37,959 nt of DNA, taken from positions 1-37,959 of the IMG/VR virus record IMGVR_UViG_2541047683_000006; one strand, written 5' to 3'. The DNA comes from a virus (taxonomy: Duplodnaviria > Heunggongvirae > Uroviricota > Caudoviricetes). Below the pieces are notes generated by a model. That model searched no databases, was not told where the DNA came from, and was given only the letters and a program-made list of their open reading frames with translations. Shown piece after piece: positions 35,360-37,959 of the stretch. The stretch's first letter is position 1. Each line of letters begins with the position of its first letter. Both the position numbers and the translations under genes were made by a program.

Positions 35360-36457
35360 TCAAGAGGTCTTATTTCTGCTCTTTTGGAGCTCTTCAAAAC
35401 GATTATGTAAAGATTTCGGATACAGTTCGGTATATACCTGCCATAGCACGTTTAATGAACGATGCCCTGTAACTTGGGCGACTTCCTCAATACTAAAACC
35501 AGCCTCAAATAAGCGACTTGCCCCTTCTCTACGCAAATCATGGTATCGCAGATCTTTAATACCTAATTTGCTTCTTACCCTCTGAAATCCCGCAGTAACA
35601 GAAGTGCTGTTATATGGAAAAATGAATTCCGATTTTTGGGGCTGTCGTTGGACGATATCCCAGGCTTCCCCAAGCAAGGCTACTTTCATGTGGTTGCCTT
35701 CCTTTTTGCGTGGATCTTTCCTGTCTCTTACGAGTATAGATTTTTGTTCCTGGTCGAGATCTTCCCATCGTAACCGGCATACTTCTCCGATTCGCATACA
35801 GGACCACACAGAAAATTTGAGGATATCAACGAACGGAATTTTTGAGCATTTATGTGTAGATCGTTGTTGAAGACCTTCAATGAGCATGTCCAGTTCATCA
35901 GATGCCGGTCTACGATTACGACGGTTTGATTTACCAATCAAACCAAGTTTAAGTAGATATGGACGAGCACTTTTCGCCGGGTTTGATGTGTAATTAATTC
36001 CGTATACAGGTTTGGCCGCATCCAGAACACTGCCAAGATAACTAACATCGTGGCTGACTGTTGCTGGACCTGCACCAGCGTTGTTTCTTAGCCTACAATG
36101 TTCAATTACGTCATTTTCTGTCAGTTCGGATAGTTTGATCGCGGAGATGTCACTATCCATAAGCAGTTCCAGCACATATCTTTTAGTACGACCTGCTTTA
36201 CCTCCGGCATTTGGGTCATTTAAATATTTGTGTAGTAAGTCACGGACTGTAAGTCCGTCAACTGCATTTGATGATGGAATGCCATATAGATCTAATTCCA
36301 TCACTTTCTGTGTACCCCATGTTTTGGCATGGGCATGTTTAGGGAATGTTTTGCTTTCCCTGTAAGTGATAACACCTTTTTCTTTGATAATCACATTACA
36401 GCGATAGCGTGGTGTGCCATCGGATTTTAGTCGTTTCTCTATGTTATAGTACGCCAT
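35360..36457 (-). CDS. int: Tyrosine-type site-specific integrase (dusA-associated)
   Basis: 365 aa; C-terminal catalytic region containing HDLRR...GHRS..Y-type motifs; adjacent to dusA. Confidence 0.85.
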   Translation of the reverse strand: MAYYNIEKRLKSDGTPRYRCNVIIKEKGVITYRESKTFPKHAHAKTWGTQKVMELDLYGIPSSNAVDGLTVRDLLHKYLNDPNAGGKAGRTKRYVLELLMDSDISAIKLSELTENDVIEHCRLRNNAGAGPATVSHDVSYLGSVLDAAKPVYGINYTSNPAKSARPYLLKLGLIGKSNRRNRRPASDELDMLIEGLQQRSTHKCSKIPFVDILKFSVWSCMRIGEVCRLRWEDLDQEQKSILVRDRKDPRKKEGNHMKVALLGEAWDIVQRQPQKSEFIFPYNSTSVTAGFQRVRSKLGIKDLRYHDLRREGASRLFEAGFSIEEVAQVTGHRSLNVLWQVYTELYPKSLHNRFEELQKSRNKTS

Positions 36458-36545
36458 TACACGACCTCGTTATTTCGGGTTCCCATAAATCGTGGGAACC
36501 TGCGCGGGAACCTAACGCGAGAAAAATAGCCTGAAATGTTCAAAA

Positions 36546-37583
36546 ATGCACGATAATCCTGAAACACAGAAAACTAATCAAACCAGCGCGATGCCTGAGA
36601 AAACTGGCGCTTACGGGAGTTCTCGGTTTAGCATTGCTCCTATGCTCGACTGGACGGACAGACATTGCCGCTATTTCTTGCGTCTGCTTTCCCGCAATAC
36701 GTTGCTGTATACCGAAATGGTGACTACAGGGGCGATTATTCACGGTAAAGGTGATTACCTGGCGTACAGTGAAGAAGAACATCCGGTAGCATTGCAACTG
36801 GGCGGTAGCGATCCGGCGGCGCTGGCGCAGTGTGCAAAGCTGGCAGAAGCGCGCGGATATGATGAGATCAACCTGAATGTCGGCTGCCCGTCTGACCGGG
36901 TGCAGAACGGCATGTTTGGGGCGTGTCTGATGGGTAATGCGCAGCTGGTTGCCGACTGCGTGAAAGCGATGCGCGATGTGGTGTCGATTCCGGTGACGGT
37001 GAAAACGCGTATTGGCATCGACGACCAGGACAGCTATGAATTTCTCTGCGATTTCATCAACACCGTTTCCGGCAAAGGCGAGTGTGAGATGTTCATCATC
37101 CACGCACGTAAAGCCTGGCTTTCGGGGTTAAGCCCGAAAGAAAACCGTGAAATCCCGCCGCTCGATTATCCGCGTGTGTATCAACTGAAGCGTGACTTTC
37201 CGCATCTGACAATGTCGATTAACGGTGGCATCAAGTCGCTGGAAGAGGCAAAAGCGCATTTGCAACATATGGATGGCGTGATGGTCGGGCGCGAAGCGTA
37301 TCAGAATCCGGGTATTCTGGCGGCGGTAGACCGAGAGATCTTTGGTTCCTCGGATACCGATGCCGATCCGGTGGCGGTAGTGCGCGCCATGTATCCGTAC
37401 ATTGAGCGTGAACTCAGCCAGGGGACGTATCTTGGCCATATTACCCGGCATATGCTGGGCTTGTTCCAGGGTATTCCTGGCGCGCGGCAGTGGCGGCGTT
37501 ATTTAAGTGAAAATGCCCATAAAGCTGGTGCTGACATTAACGTGCTGGAACAAGCGCTCAAACTGGTGGCAGATAAGCGTTAA
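36546..37583 (+). CDS. dusA: tRNA-dihydrouridine(20/20a) synthase DusA
   Basis: 345 aa matching E. coli DusA as recalled ([14 protein letters not shown]..., [14 protein letters not shown]...); the extreme 5' end may be prophage-supplied. Confidence 0.9.
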   Translation: MHDNPETQKTNQTSAMPEKTGAYGSSRFSIAPMLDWTDRHCRYFLRLLSRNTLLYTEMVTTGAIIHGKGDYLAYSEEEHPVALQLGGSDPAALAQCAKLAEARGYDEINLNVGCPSDRVQNGMFGACLMGNAQLVADCVKAMRDVVSIPVTVKTRIGIDDQDSYEFLCDFINTVSGKGECEMFIIHARKAWLSGLSPKENREIPPLDYPRVYQLKRDFPHLTMSINGGIKSLEEAKAHLQHMDGVMVGREAYQNPGILAAVDREIFGSSDTDADPVAVVRAMYPYIERELSQGTYLGHITRHMLGLFQGIPGARQWRRYLSENAHKAGADINVLEQALKLVADKR

Positions 37584-37613
37584 CTTTTCACCAAAAAGTA
37601 GTCAAATTCACCA

Positions 37614-37641
37614 CGCCCTGCGCACCGTCGCGGGGCGTTTT
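37614..37641 (+). terminator. Intrinsic terminator after dusA
   Basis: cgccctgcg-caccgt-cgcggggcg stem (one G-U pair) followed by TTTT. Confidence 0.45.
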
Positions 37642-37665
37642 GCTGTTAAATCAATAGATTATTTT

Positions 37666-37680
37666 TGGCATGATTCTTGT
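37666..37680 (+). promoter_or_regulatory. Sigma-54-type promoter upstream of pspG
   Basis: TGGCATGATTCTTGT fits the -24 TGGCA / -12 TTG spacing; pspG is known to be sigma-54 and PspF dependent. Confidence 0.45.
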
Positions 37681-37716
37681 AATGCCAGCAAGAGATTTCA
37701 TATTTGGGAGAGCATC

Positions 37717-37959
37717 ATGCTGGAACTACTTTTTGTGATTGGCTTTTTTGTCATGCTGATGGTCACCGGCGTTTCGTTGCTGGGTATTATCGCTGCGCTG
37801 GTTGTGGCGACGGCCATTATGTTCCTCGGCGGTATGCTGGCATTGATGATTAAGTTGCTGCCGTGGTTACTACTGGCGATTGCGGTGGTGTGGGTTATTA
37901 AGGCGATTAAAGCACCAAAAGTGCCTAAATATCAGCGTTATGACCGCTGGCGTTACTAA
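37717..37959 (+). CDS. pspG: Phage shock protein G
   Basis: 80-aa very hydrophobic protein ending ...KVPKYQRYDRWRY, matching E. coli PspG; the track ORF starts further upstream, but the ATG at 37717 follows the sigma-54 promoter. Confidence 0.85.
   Translation: MLELLFVIGFFVMLMVTGVSLLGIIAALVVATAIMFLGGMLALMIKLLPWLLLAIAVVWVIKAIKAPKVPKYQRYDRWRY

Larger units (their letters stand above)
1..36545. mobile_element. Temperate mosaic prophage (lambdoid regulation, HK97-type head, Mu-like contractile tail), partial: left end beyond window start; right end at or inside the 5' end of dusA
   Basis: Contiguous phage modules (repressor/cro, replication, Q, lysis, terminase, portal/protease/capsid, sheath/tube/tape measure/baseplate, fibre, integrase) ending next to dusA; exact att core not identifiable because only one junction is in the window. 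Confidence 0.85.

Noticed and set aside
35316-35585. 89-aa plus-strand ORF overlapping the LexA boxes and the integrase 3' end
   Set aside because: Overlaps the integrase coding sequence on the opposite strand and starts within a regulatory region; no SD
36540-37451. Minus-strand ORFs antisense to dusA
   Set aside because: dusA is an unambiguous conserved host gene; the antisense ORFs are compositional artefacts

Overview
Almost the whole window is one mosaic temperate prophage (at least 36.5 kb; its left end lies beyond base 1) sitting immediately upstream of, and probably rebuilding the 5' end of, host dusA (36546-37583), followed by host pspG (37717-37959). No rRNA, tRNA or CRISPR array was seen. 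All functional calls are by-eye motif recognition on the supplied ORF track; no database search was run. ORF boundaries come from the track, but motif coordinates were counted by hand from those anchors and may be off by 1-2 nt. Layout, left to right: (1) a YafO-like toxin gene (1-435, +); (2) a leftward early accessory operon (462-4723, -) with a PrtN-like protein, DEDDh exonuclease, Ead/Ea22-like, HD hydrolase, YfdQ-like and YfdP-like genes, driven from a PL-like promoter through a ~330-nt structured leader; (3) a lambdoid immunity region with a cI-like S24 repressor (-), cro (+) and operator palindromes of the form ATGTAGGATATCCAACAT; (4) a replication/nin region with a CII-like protein, an O-like initiator carrying in-gene 15-bp iterons, a Dam-like methyltransferase, RusA, a KilA-N protein, a DUF968 protein and a Q-like antiterminator; (5) lysis genes (holin, lambda-R-like endolysin, overlapping Rz/Rz1); (6) HNH endonuclease, TerS and TerL; (7) an HK97-type head module; (8) a Mu-like contractile tail module ending in a beta-helix tailspike; (9) an invertase remnant, an SOS-boxed dinI-like gene and a tyrosine integrase next to dusA. 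The best candidates for undescribed accessory functions are: a signal-peptide protein inserted between the tape-measure and DNA-circulation genes (27170-27658), the YafO-like toxin at the left edge, a Cys-rich ORF between Q and holin (12756-12998), a 40-codon hydrophobic ORF antisense to Rz1, and the structured PL leader. None of these could be assigned to a known defence system from sequence alone.
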